A stretch of 27,029 bases of DNA, from the IMG/VR virus record IMGVR_UViG_3300012952_000105, positions 1-27,029 of that record; one strand, 5' to 3'. The DNA comes from a virus. Its lineage: Duplodnaviria > Caudoviricetes. Position 1 is the stretch's first letter. Every line of letters begins with the position of its first letter. A program made the position numbers and the translations under genes. This document shows positions 8,614 to 18,700 of this stretch, one piece after another. The notes below the pieces were generated by a model. The model saw only the letters and a program-made list of their open reading frames with translations. It ran no database searches and was not told where the DNA came from.

Positions 8614-9130
8614 TAGCTATATCAGTCTTCAAGAAGCCCAAGATATTATTGATGGCTTAATTGAGGATGATGATGTAACAGCATGGGCTAGTGCTACAAC
8701 TGACCAAAAAAACCGAGCATTATTTACCTCTACGCAAAGAATTGATAGAGAACGATTTTTAGGTGCAAGAGTAAACGATACACAAGGATTACAATGGCCG
8801 AGAACAGGCGTAAGAAAACCTGATACATATATCAATACTTATGCTATTGGTTTTCCTTTTCGTATATCAACTGATTATTACACTGATACCGAGATACCAG
8901 ATCAGGTAAAAAAAGCAGAAGCAGTATTAGCTGTTTATTTAAATAATAATAAAGATGGATTAGGATTAAGTGGCTTAGAAGATTACAAACGTGTAAAACT
9001 TGGTAATCTAGAAGCAGAGCCAAACTTTTATGGTTCTGTCGGTGCTGATCGAGTACCTCCATTATTTGAACGCTATTTTACTGGCTTACGAATTAGTGGA
9101 CCAGGAAACGTAGCAATCAAAAGGAGCTAA
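8570..9130 (+). CDS. Head-tail adaptor (DnaT-like phage family)
   Basis: ANSYISL.EA, RAL..ST..ID, QGLQWPR and IPDQVK.A motifs; position after the capsid genes. Confidence 0.75.
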   Translation: MAVTIHTTVGSSIANSYISLQEAQDIIDGLIEDDDVTAWASATTDQKNRALFTSTQRIDRERFLGARVNDTQGLQWPRTGVRKPDTYINTYAIGFPFRISTDYYTDTEIPDQVKKAEAVLAVYLNNNKDGLGLSGLEDYKRVKLGNLEAEPNFYGSVGADRVPPLFERYFTGLRISGPGNVAIKRS

Positions 9131-9133
9131 CCA

Positions 9134-9352
9134 ATGTATTATTCCAAAGCAAAAATCATCACTAACACAAATACTCATTCGGGGAGGTTTGTAAAAATCG
9201 TAGCCTTAGTTGATACTGTTATTAATACATTAACTTCAGATGTTATTACAGGTACAACAACTTCAATAACTTTAAAACACAATGTTTCTTTAGAAGTAGA
9301 TTGTACTGCTATAAAACTTGATAGCGGTGCTGTTATTGCCTATACAATCTAA
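9134..9352 (+). CDS. Small virion-associated hypothetical protein
   Basis: 72 aa, Thr/Ile-rich, coupled to the next gene (TAATG). Confidence 0.6.
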   Translation: MYYSKAKIITNTNTHSGRFVKIVALVDTVINTLTSDVITGTTTSITLKHNVSLEVDCTAIKLDSGAVIAYTI

Positions 9353-9708
9353 TGGGTTTAGCATCTTCTTTAAAAAAAGTTAGTAATAAAACACTAATGA
9401 AGTTTGGTGGCGATATAACTATAAAGAGAACCACTCAAAGTGCTTACAATGTTACAGATGGCACTGTTGTTAAGGCACAGACTTCTGTAACTATAAAAGG
9501 TTTTTTAGAAGGTGTTACAAGTCGTGAGGTAAATGATTTAGTTTCTCAAAATGATAAAAAAGTAATGGTATCAGCAGGTGCTATAACATTTACCCCTACC
9601 ACTAAAGATAAAGTTATTATCAGTTCTATAGAATATAAAATCATTCAAATAGATAAAGAGGAACAAAATAATATAGATATACTTTATGTAATTTATTTGA
9701 GGGCATAA
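9352..9708 (+). CDS. Putative head closure/stopper protein
   Basis: 118 aa; KFG..ITI...D.V.I....YKI pattern and neck-region position. Confidence 0.6.
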   Translation: MGLASSLKKVSNKTLMKFGGDITIKRTTQSAYNVTDGTVVKAQTSVTIKGFLEGVTSREVNDLVSQNDKKVMVSAGAITFTPTTKDKVIISSIEYKIIQIDKEEQNNIDILYVIYLRA

Positions 9709-10046
9709 TGGCTAGAGAAATAAATTTATCAAGCATAGGTAAACACTTTGAAGATAAAGTGATTCGTACTGTTAAGAAAGCCACTTTCAAAGCAGAAGTT
9801 GACATGAAATTTTTTACTCCAGTTGATACTGGTAATTTAAGAGAATCATTCGACAGAGAGACAAAAGATTTTATTGGAATAGTTTTTACAAATGTAGAAT
9901 ATGCTGAACCAGTTGCTTATGGAACAAATCTCCCTCCAAGTTGGGGTGGTCAATACAGGACAACAAAGCAAACTATAAAAGGATACCCAGAGATGATTGC
10001 AAAACAACTAGAACAATATATAGTTGATGAGTTTAGGAAGGCATAA
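9708..10046 (+). CDS. HK97 gp10-like tail completion protein
   Basis: TPVDTGNLRES and NVEYA..V.YGT signatures. Confidence 0.85.
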   Translation: MAREINLSSIGKHFEDKVIRTVKKATFKAEVDMKFFTPVDTGNLRESFDRETKDFIGIVFTNVEYAEPVAYGTNLPPSWGGQYRTTKQTIKGYPEMIAKQLEQYIVDEFRKA

Positions 10047-10468
10047 TGGCAGCAATAGATTTAAACACAGTTCGTCAAACAATAGAAGAGAGGCTTATTA
10101 CAGAATTAGATGACACCCCACCTATTTCTGTTGTGTTAAACAATATGCCTTTTGATGCTAGTTCTAAAGATACATTTGTTCAGTGCCTTACAAGTTTTGG
10201 TTCTGGAAGTTATCTGACTATGGGAGGCACAACAAATTCTACAAATAGTGTTGTTGGGTTGATTGTCTTAAATATATTTACTGAAGAAGGTTTAGGCAGT
10301 GGGGCAAATTTTGTAATTGGCAAAAGACTTAGAGACTTATACAATAGAAATACAGTTTCTAATGTGATCTTTGATTCTCCGATAGGACCAGAAGTTTTAA
10401 CGCCAAGTCCTGAAGGAAAATTCCAAACACAACTAAGGATTACATTTGAAATATATGAGGATCTTTGA
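10046..10468 (+). CDS. Putative tail terminator protein
   Basis: 140 aa between the gp10-like gene and the tail tube; N.PF and G....NIF...G.G pattern. Confidence 0.7.
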   Translation: MAAIDLNTVRQTIEERLITELDDTPPISVVLNNMPFDASSKDTFVQCLTSFGSGSYLTMGGTTNSTNSVVGLIVLNIFTEEGLGSGANFVIGKRLRDLYNRNTVSNVIFDSPIGPEVLTPSPEGKFQTQLRITFEIYEDL

Positions 10469-10470
10469 TT

Positions 10471-10623
10471 ATGCCAAAACTTGAAATTACAGAAGAAATG
10501 CTTGACGTTATAGAAAAAGTAAAAGGAAGAAGAGAGGCAAACTACTGGGATCCAGAATGTAGAAAATATTATGAGGCACAACAAAATTCAAAAAAAGATG
10601 TGAAAAAGTCAGAAAAAGGTTAA
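10471..10623 (+). CDS. 50-aa hypothetical protein (not in ORF track)
   Basis: MPKLEITEEMLDVIEKVKGRREANYWDPECRKYYEAQQNSKKDVKKSEKG; starts 2 nt after the upstream stop and fills most of the gap. Confidence 0.65.
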   Translation: MPKLEITEEMLDVIEKVKGRREANYWDPECRKYYEAQQNSKKDVKKSEKG

Positions 10624-10649
10624 TATAAAATAAATACTTTCTTTTTGTT

Positions 10650-11066
10650 ATGGCTGTAAAAGGTGATGTTGGAAAAATTATGTTCCATAATGCTGCTGGT
10701 ACTGAGGCAGATGTAAGTGATTTAAGATCATGGTCTTTATCTATAACAAAAGACTTAATAGAAACCACAAAAATGGGCGACACCTTTAAAAGTAATGTAG
10801 GCGGTCTTATTTCTGGTACAGGTTCTGCAACTTTACTTTATAATCCTTCAGGCAACTCAGATTATCAGTCATTTATTGATGATGTTTTAACAACAGGTGA
10901 TGCAGGTGATGCTTTGATAGAATTATTTCCTGATTCTGCAACTTCAGCTAAAAAAATCAGTTCAAGCATAATTATAGATAGTGCTGATTATTCAGCAACT
11001 CTTGGTGAAATAGAAGAAATTGCCATTACATTTACAACAACAGGTACTATAACTTCAGCTATATAG
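10650..11066 (+). CDS. Major tail tube protein
   Basis: 138 aa; SWSLSI..D..ETT.MGD...GL.SGTGS pattern; followed by the chaperone and tape measure genes. Confidence 0.8.
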   Translation: MAVKGDVGKIMFHNAAGTEADVSDLRSWSLSITKDLIETTKMGDTFKSNVGGLISGTGSATLLYNPSGNSDYQSFIDDVLTTGDAGDALIELFPDSATSAKKISSSIIIDSADYSATLGEIEEIAITFTTTGTITSAI

Positions 11067-11095
11067 TATATTTTAAATAACAACCCCAATTTAAT

Positions 11096-11449
11096 ATGGC
11101 GACAAAAAGAACCGTAGACCTCATTACTGAAGCTTTTAGTGATGTAATGAATAACAGAAGAAAGTTTGAATTAAAAAAACCAAACGGAGAATTATTAAAA
11201 GAAATATTTTTTCCACCTTTAACTAGGTATGACAGAATACAAGCACAAGCTGCGGCTGGTTCTGATGAAGCATTAGCTGTCTCGACACGACTACTTTGCC
11301 AACTTGCACAAAACGAAGATGGGACAAGAGCATTTGCCTCTGCTGATGCCGAAAACCTAAAAAGATTTTTACCTGAAACAGTTTTAAATGATCTTGAATT
11401 ATTTATGATGGATATTCAAGTTGATATTAATACAGCAAAAAACGAATAA
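11096..11449 (+). CDS. Tail assembly chaperone (lambda gpG analogue)
   Basis: Lies between tube and tape measure genes; ends just after the slippery heptamer A AAA AAC (11437-11443). Confidence 0.8.
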   Translation: MATKRTVDLITEAFSDVMNNRRKFELKKPNGELLKEIFFPPLTRYDRIQAQAAAGSDEALAVSTRLLCQLAQNEDGTRAFASADAENLKRFLPETVLNDLELFMMDIQVDINTAKNE

Positions 11450-11625
11450 AGCGAGATAACTGGTTAAATTTTGAGTTTTTTCTCGCAACAGAACTGGGTA
11501 AGACATTACAAGAATTAAGAAAAACAATTACAGAGGAAGAATTAATATATTGGGTTGCCTACTATGAAGTAAAAAATGAAAGAGAAAAACAAGAAATAAA
11601 TCGTCAAAAGAACAAAACAAGGTAA
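11096..11625 (+). CDS. Tail assembly chaperone frameshift product (gpGT analogue, about 176 aa)
   Basis: The -1 frame after the heptamer is open to TAA at 11623-11625 and has no ATG: RIKRDNWLNFEFFLATELGKTLQELRKTITEEELIYWVAYYEVKNEREKQEINRQKNKTR. Confidence 0.8.
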
Positions 11626-11650
11626 GATATAATAAAGGTTATTTGTATTT

Positions 11651-13333
11651 GTGGCACAATCAACAGTAAAACTAATAGTTGATGCACAGAGTGCAATAAG
11701 ACCTTTACAGCGAACGAATGACGCTACGAAAGCTTTAAGCAGTAGTACAGATAAATTAAAAGGTAGATTAAATAAAAGTAATAGGTCTTTAAGAAATACA
11801 GGCAGAGCAGCAAAAAGTTCAGCAGGGGGTGTAAGAACATTAACAGGAGCTTTAGGACCATTATTAAAAGCATTAGCATTAATTGGTGCGGCAAGATTTG
11901 TATTTGTACAGAGTGCTGAATTAGAAACTCAAAGAAAAAGCTTAGAAGTTCTTACTGGTTCATTATCAAAAACAAATTCTATAATTCAAGAATTACAAGC
12001 ATTTGGTGCTGTTACACCATTTACAAGTAGTGAATTAATAGAACAGACAAAAAGGTTAAAAGCATTTGGTTTTGAAACCAGTGAGTTAGTTGATACCACA
12101 AAACGATTGTCTGATGTAGCTGGTGCTACTGGTGCTGACCTTACAGGGATTGCTACAGCCTTTGGACAGATAAGAGCAAAAGGCAAATTACAACAAGAAG
12201 AAAATTTACAGCTATTAGAAAGAGGAGTAGATATTACAACCGAATTAAAAAATATAACAGGAAAACAAGGAGAAGAATTTGAATCAATGATGAGAAAAGG
12301 ACAGATAGGTGCTGATCTTGTTAACCAAGCATTAATAAATCTTACGAATGAAGGTGGTGCTTTCTTTGGTGGTGCTACGGCACAAGCTGAAACTTTAAAC
12401 GGAAAACTTTCTACATTAGTTGATTCTATTCAGAGTCTTGCAAGAACTATTGGAGAAGTTTTAGGTCCAGCAATCAAATTTGTTTTAGACCAAGCAACTA
12501 AAGCGGTACAGGCAATAGACAATGTGTTTAAAAGATTTCAAAATATAGGTAAGATAGGTTTTGGTAATGTTTTAGATGCTGAAAATAAAGCACGAACTGA
12601 TGCAGAAAGACTTACAAAATTAAAATTTGGGGATGATGTAAACCTTGGGTTGTTTGGTAATAAAGAAGCAAAAAAATTTTTAGAAGATCGAACAAAAGAA
12701 CTTATAAAACAAAATGTAGAAACAGAAGCATTAAGACAAAAAGATTTTGAGCATAATGAAGAAAAAAAATCAGCAGCAGTTATACAAGCACAAAAAGCAG
12801 CAGAAACAAAAAAAATAGTAGAAGGTACTACTACTGCTGCAAAGGCTTTAAATGATGAAACAAAAGATATTGCAAATTCTTTTGCCGAGATAGGTGATAC
12901 TATAGGAAGTCAAATATCAGATGCTTTGGTTGGTGCAATAAACGGTACAAAGTCATTAGGTGAAGCAGCTAAAAATATTATTAACGATTTAGCAAATTCA
13001 TTATTAAGACTTGGTATTAACACTCTTTTAAAAAGCACAGGTTTTGGTATTTTTTCTAATTTACCTGGATTTGCAAATGGTGGCAGACCTCCTGTTGGTA
13101 GACCCTCGATTGTAGGAGAACGTGGCCCAGAATTGTTTACGCCTTCTGTTTCTGGGACAATTACACCAAACCATGCACTTGGAGGATCAACAAACGTAGT
13201 AGTAAATGTAGATGCTTCTGGTTCTTCTGTTGAAGGTGATGAAGATAGAGGTAGAGAACTTGGCCGTCTTATATCTGTAGCAGTACAATCTGAATTAGTA
13301 ACACAAAAGAGACCTGGAGGTTTACTTGCATAA
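11651..13333 (+). CDS. Tape measure protein
   Basis: GTG start; TPF...L and FGQI.AKGKLQ.EE..QL.ERG tape-measure motifs; lambda-like C-terminus FANGG...VGERGPELF...RPGGLL. Confidence 0.92.
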   Translation: MAQSTVKLIVDAQSAIRPLQRTNDATKALSSSTDKLKGRLNKSNRSLRNTGRAAKSSAGGVRTLTGALGPLLKALALIGAARFVFVQSAELETQRKSLEVLTGSLSKTNSIIQELQAFGAVTPFTSSELIEQTKRLKAFGFETSELVDTTKRLSDVAGATGADLTGIATAFGQIRAKGKLQQEENLQLLERGVDITTELKNITGKQGEEFESMMRKGQIGADLVNQALINLTNEGGAFFGGATAQAETLNGKLSTLVDSIQSLARTIGEVLGPAIKFVLDQATKAVQAIDNVFKRFQNIGKIGFGNVLDAENKARTDAERLTKLKFGDDVNLGLFGNKEAKKFLEDRTKELIKQNVETEALRQKDFEHNEEKKSAAVIQAQKAAETKKIVEGTTTAAKALNDETKDIANSFAEIGDTIGSQISDALVGAINGTKSLGEAAKNIINDLANSLLRLGINTLLKSTGFGIFSNLPGFANGGRPPVGRPSIVGERGPELFTPSVSGTITPNHALGGSTNVVVNVDASGSSVEGDEDRGRELGRLISVAVQSELVTQKRPGGLLA

Positions 13334-13680
13334 TGGCTACTTTTCCTTCAATAACTCCTACTTACGGAGTACAAAAAAGATCCGCACCAAATACTAGAAC
13401 TGTTCGTTTTGCTGATGGCTATGAACACCGCATAATTTTTGGCCTCGCAGAAAATCAAAACCCTAAAATTTATAATCTTACTTTTGAAGTATCAGAAACA
13501 GATGCAGATACTATAGAAACATTTTTAGATGCAAGAGCAAATGATAGTGCCAGCTTTACATTTACTCCTCCAGGAGAATCTAGTGCTTCACAATATGTAT
13601 GCGAAGCGTGGAATAAATCTATACCTTATGTAAATAGAGCAAGAGTACAAGCCACATTTAGGGAGGTATTTGAACCATGA
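13333..13680 (+). CDS. Minor tail protein, lambda gpM-like (distal tail)
   Basis: VRFADGYE.R...G, FL......F.FTPP and ATFREVF signatures. Confidence 0.88.
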   Translation: MATFPSITPTYGVQKRSAPNTRTVRFADGYEHRIIFGLAENQNPKIYNLTFEVSETDADTIETFLDARANDSASFTFTPPGESSASQYVCEAWNKSIPYVNRARVQATFREVFEP

Positions 13681-14429
13681 CTGTTGCTAGTCCTTGGACA
13701 GCAGGTGCATCAAAAAATGCTGGTAATATTGTATGCCCTACAAATGGTGTAGCTGGTATGTTTTTTCGTGTTACTACACCAGGTACTACTGGTAGTAGTG
13801 AACCATCATGGACAAACATCATTGGTGAAAGTGTTTATGACAATAATATTGTTTACGAGGCTTTTAGTAGTATTTTTGATGATCTATCTAAAATAAATCC
13901 CACTTCTGTTATTGAATTATTTACCCTTACTTTAAAAACAGCTTTACATGGTGCTAACACAGTATATAGATTTCATTCTGGCACGAATCAAGTAAATCAA
14001 AATATAGTTTGGGCTGGTAATTCTTATACAAGGTTTCCAATAGTAGCTGAAGGTTTTGCTTTCCAAAGAGGTCAATTACCAAGACCTAAATTAATTGTAA
14101 GTAATGCATTAGGAACAATATCTGCCATTCTTCAGTCAGTAAATACTACAACTGCTGGTAATGATCTTACAGGTGCTACTGTCACAAGAATAAGAACATT
14201 GGCACGTTTTATTGATAACGGTAATTTTACAGGTAACAACCCTTTCGGTACTCCTGATCCTAATGCAGAGTTTCCAAGAGAAATCTATTCAGTAGATCGT
14301 AAGTCAGCAGAAAATAGAGAGGTTGTTGAATTTGAACTAGCAGCAGTATTTGATTTAGCTGGAATCAGAGTACCTAAACGTCAATGCACTAGAGATTTAT
14401 TCCCTGCTATTGGTACGTTTGTTCAATGA
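13677..14429 (+). CDS. Minor tail protein, lambda gpL-like, with extra N-terminal module and shortened C-terminus
   Basis: IELF.L, IVW.GN.Y..FPI..EGF, PRPKL.VSN, GA.VTR.RTLARF.D..NF and VEFELA motifs; only two Cys in the whole protein. Confidence 0.85.
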   Translation: MTVASPWTAGASKNAGNIVCPTNGVAGMFFRVTTPGTTGSSEPSWTNIIGESVYDNNIVYEAFSSIFDDLSKINPTSVIELFTLTLKTALHGANTVYRFHSGTNQVNQNIVWAGNSYTRFPIVAEGFAFQRGQLPRPKLIVSNALGTISAILQSVNTTTAGNDLTGATVTRIRTLARFIDNGNFTGNNPFGTPDPNAEFPREIYSVDRKSAENREVVEFELAAVFDLAGIRVPKRQCTRDLFPAIGTFVQ

Positions 14430-15133
14430 GTTGGCAGGATGATGCATTGGTTCATGCGAAAGACCAAGATCCAAAGGAATCAGTGGGTTTATTATTAAAC
14501 GTAAGAGGTAAAGAAAGATATTATCCATGCCAGAATCTAGCAATTACATCACATCAACATTTTATTTTAAACCCAGAAGATTATGTAAAGGCAGATAAAT
14601 TAGGAGAGATAACTGCTGTAGTTCATAGTCACCCAACTTCAAATCCAGAACCTAGTCAAGCAGATAAAGTAAGTTGTGAACAAAGTAAATTACCTTGGCA
14701 TATTGTTAATCCAAAAACAGAACAATGGGCTTATGTCGAACCAACAGGATACGAAGCACCATTATTGGGTCGTGAATGGGTTTGGGGTGTTACAGATTGC
14801 TGGAGTTTAGTCGTTGATTACTATAAACAAGAAAAGCAGATTATTTTAAAAGACTACGAAAGAACGATGACAGCAGATGAGTTTTTATTCGATCCATTGT
14901 TTGAAAGTTATGCTACACGAACAGGGTTTAGAGAATTAAGACCGAATGAAAGGTTAGAAGAGGGGGATGTATTGTTGATGTCTATTATGTATCCAACTTT
15001 AAATCATGTGGCGATTTTCTTAGGAGATATGGTTTTACACCATTTAGCAGATAGACTATCTTGTAGAGAGCCTTACTCTGAATGGTTGTTAAAATGTACT
15101 GGTAAGAGGTATCGCTATGCTCAAGAAAGTTAA
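14426..15133 (+). CDS. Tail tip assembly protein, lambda gpK-like (JAB/MPN + NlpC/P60)
   Basis: P.ES.G, HSHP...PS.AD (JAB) and DCW...HVAI...HH (NlpC/P60). Confidence 0.92.
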   Translation: MSWQDDALVHAKDQDPKESVGLLLNVRGKERYYPCQNLAITSHQHFILNPEDYVKADKLGEITAVVHSHPTSNPEPSQADKVSCEQSKLPWHIVNPKTEQWAYVEPTGYEAPLLGREWVWGVTDCWSLVVDYYKQEKQIILKDYERTMTADEFLFDPLFESYATRTGFRELRPNERLEEGDVLLMSIMYPTLNHVAIFLGDMVLHHLADRLSCREPYSEWLLKCTGKRYRYAQES

Positions 15134-15749
15134 ACCTTATGGTGAACTAGCTGACTTTGTAGGTCATAAAGAATTTGATGCTGTAATAAATTCTACTGCT
15201 GATGCCGTTAAATTTTTAGTAAGTAACTTTCCACAGTTAGAAGGTCATATGAACGATAGACATTATCAAGTTATTGTTAATGATTACGATATTGGAGAAG
15301 ATGAATTACATAATCCTATAGGCAGTGAAGGTGTAAGTATTGTACCTGTAATAAGTGGTGCTGGAGGTAGAGGATTAGGTAAAATTTTATTAGGTGCAGC
15401 TTTGATTGGAGGGGCTTTTTTATTTAACCCTGCTTTATCTTTTTCTTTTAGTAAAGGTGTTACTGGTTTTGGTGCATTAACAGGTGTATCAGGAGCAATT
15501 ACAAAAGGTGCGATATATCTTGGTGCTTCTTTAGTTTTGCAAGGTGTATCAGATATGTTGTTTCCTTTACCTCAACAAAAAGATTTTAGCAATGAAGAAG
15601 ATCCACGAATATCATTTAGTTTTTCAGGGGTGCAAAATACTGACAGGGCTGGAACCAGCATACCTTTATGTTACGGAGAAATCACAACTGGATCTGTAGT
15701 CATATCAGCAGGTATTGACACACAACAAGTCGTGGCAGGTGAAGCATAA
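15117..15749 (+). CDS. Tail assembly protein, lambda gpI-like
   Basis: YGEL, IVPVISGAGG, central hydrophobic Gly-rich stretch, SFSFSG..NT...G..IPL.YGE...GS.VISAGI. Confidence 0.88.
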   Translation: MLKKVKPYGELADFVGHKEFDAVINSTADAVKFLVSNFPQLEGHMNDRHYQVIVNDYDIGEDELHNPIGSEGVSIVPVISGAGGRGLGKILLGAALIGGAFLFNPALSFSFSKGVTGFGALTGVSGAITKGAIYLGASLVLQGVSDMLFPLPQQKDFSNEEDPRISFSFSGVQNTDRAGTSIPLCYGEITTGSVVISAGIDTQQVVAGEA

Positions 15750-18700
15750 TGGGTAAAATTATAAGAGGTTCTAAAGGGCCACCAGCACCTAGAGAACCAG
15801 TAAGAGCCGAAGATACTCTTAACAGTAAAGAGTTTGCAACGATCCAAGATCTATTATCTGAAGGTGAGATCGAAGGTTTTGCAACACCATCTAAAAAAAG
15901 TATTGCTCGTAATAATGCAAATTATAATAATGCTTGTTTAGCTGATATTTTTTTAAACAATACTGCTGTTTTAAATGTCAGTCCAGACGACACTAACTTT
16001 ACAACAAAATTAAGTAGCTTAACTGACTCAGATTTTAGTTTTGAAGATGTTACTTTTATTCCTAAATTTGGAGAAAGTAATCAAAAAGCAGTAGCAAATT
16101 TAGAAAATGCAAATCTACAAAAAACATCTAATACTGTATTAACAAACTCTGCTGTTGTTACTACATCATCATTTGTAGATAGCCCTGATCTTGCTACAGA
16201 ACAACACGCAGCAGAAGTAACAATACAATTTTTAGCATTACAGAAATTTGAAACTAATGGAGACGTTTTAGGAACAGAAGTTAATTATCAAATACAACTA
16301 CAAACAAACAATGGAAGTTTTACCACAATAGTAGATGAAACAATTACTGGTAGAAGTAAAGATTCATATTCAAGAGAACATACAATTAATTTACCTAATG
16401 ATACTTTTGGTAATGCAAATTATACACAGGCAAAAATCAGAGTAAAAAGAATTACTGCTGATAGTGATCCAGATGTAATTCAAGACACCTTTGGAGTTTC
16501 AAGAATAGAAGAGGTTGTATATACTCCACAGGAATATAAAAATTGTGCATATTCAACGTTAAGAGTTAGTTCTGAGCAATTTAGTTCTGTACCACAAAGA
16601 GCATTTCGTATTCGTGGAATTAAAGTAAAAATTCCGGGTGCAGGTGCAAATAGTTCTGGAACCCCAACGGTAGATATAAATACAGGCAGAATACAATATC
16701 CCGACAACTATATATTTAATGGAACGATGGGTGCTGCTGTTTGGTGTACTTGCCCTGCAATGATATTGCTAGACGTTTTAACAAACCAAAGATATGGATT
16801 AGGTGTTCACATATCACCAGATCAATCTACCGATGCAAAGACATATGAAAGTATTGATTTGTTTAGTTATGTACAGGCATCTAGATACGCTAATGAAGAG
16901 GTAACATTAGATGATGGAACGAAAGAAGCTAGGTTTGCTTGCAATGCTTCTATTCAAGGAACAGTAGAAGCATATACCTTAATAAATGAATTAGCTGGTG
17001 TTATGAGAGGTTTTCCGATATGGCAAACTGGTTCAATAACACTTACTCAAGACAGGCCGACAGATTCTAGTTATTTATTTAGTTTGTCTAATGTAGGTGA
17101 AGGTGGGTTTTCATATTCTGGTAGCAGCTTAAAACAAAGACATTCTGTAGTTTCTGTAAGTTATTTCAACATGGATAGCAGAGAAATAGATTATGAAATT
17201 TTTGAGGATACTGCTGCTATAGCAAAGCTAGGAATTATTAAAAAGACAGTAAAAGGTTTTGGCTGCACATCAAGAACACAAGCTATTAGATTAGCAAAGG
17301 CAATACTCTTCAGTGAGCAACAAGAATCTGAAATTGTTAGCTTTACAACTTCGATAGATGCTGGTGCAATAGTAAGACCTGGAAGTGTGATTTCTATAAA
17401 CGATCCAGTGCGTAGTGTTGAAAGAAGGTCAGGGAGGGTAAAAAGTGCAACGACTACTGTCATTACTGCTGATAGTAGTCAAGACTTATCTACTTTGCAA
17501 GGTACAAATCAAACTTTGAGTGTGATGTTACCTGATGGGAAAGTAGAAACAAAAACACTTGCTGCTGGTAATAGTATTACAAATAATGTTATTACTTTAA
17601 GCTCTGCACTATCACAAGTTCCAAGTGCAAATGCAATATGGATGTTGTCTAGTTCTGGAACTGGTGGTGTCGAACCTCAAACATTTAGAGTTATATCTGT
17701 AGAAGAACAAGATGGTGTAAATTATGCAATCACAGCATTAACTTATATTGCTGGTAAATATGCAAATATCGAACAAGATGAACCCTTACCTGTAAGAAAT
17801 TTATCTTTGTTAAATCAGCCTAAATCCCCACCATCAGGTTTAGTTGCAGAAGAAAGAATTATTGTAAAAAACAAACTTGCAATAGTAAAAATAATTTTAT
17901 CTTGGGTAGCAGTAACAGGTGTAAGTCAATACCAAGTCCAATACAGATTTAATAATGCAAACTGGGTAGTACAGGATGTATTTAGACCTGACTTTGAGTT
18001 AGAAGGTACTGAAGCTGGAACGTATGAATTTAGAGTATTTTCATATAATGCTGCTTTAAAAATTTCACTCACGTCAACAGACTTGACATTTGATGCTGCC
18101 GGTAAAAATGCACCTCCAGCAGATGTACAAAATCTACAAATGGAACCTGTAGATGTTAAAAATGTAAGATTAAAATGGGATCAATCAGTTGATCCAGACG
18201 TTTTACATGGTGGAAGAGTTTATGTAAGACATAGTTCTGTGACTGACGGCACTGGTACGTTTAATAATGCGATTGATCTTGTAAATGCTCTAGCTGGTAA
18301 TAGTACAGAACAAATCGTACCCGCATTAGAAGGAGAATATATTCTTCGTTTTCAAGACGACCAAGGTAATTTTAGTACTGGATCAGCAAGTGTTCTTGTA
18401 GATTTACCAGATGTTCTAGATACACAAATCATTTTAGATAGTGGATCAAGACAGGATTTGTTATCTTATAGCGGTAGAAAAATAAATACTGAGGTTGATA
18501 GTACTAATTTAAGAATTATACAAGCCACTGGAGTAACTGATGGTGTGTATATTTTCCAAGACGGTAGTGCTATGGGTGCTACTTTTGATTTAGGTAGAGT
18601 TTATTCTTTAGATCTTAAAAGATTTATTAAGTCTGTTGGAGTTCAAGTACAATTACCCCCTCGACAATATCAAAACGCTTATTTAAACAATACAACAAGC

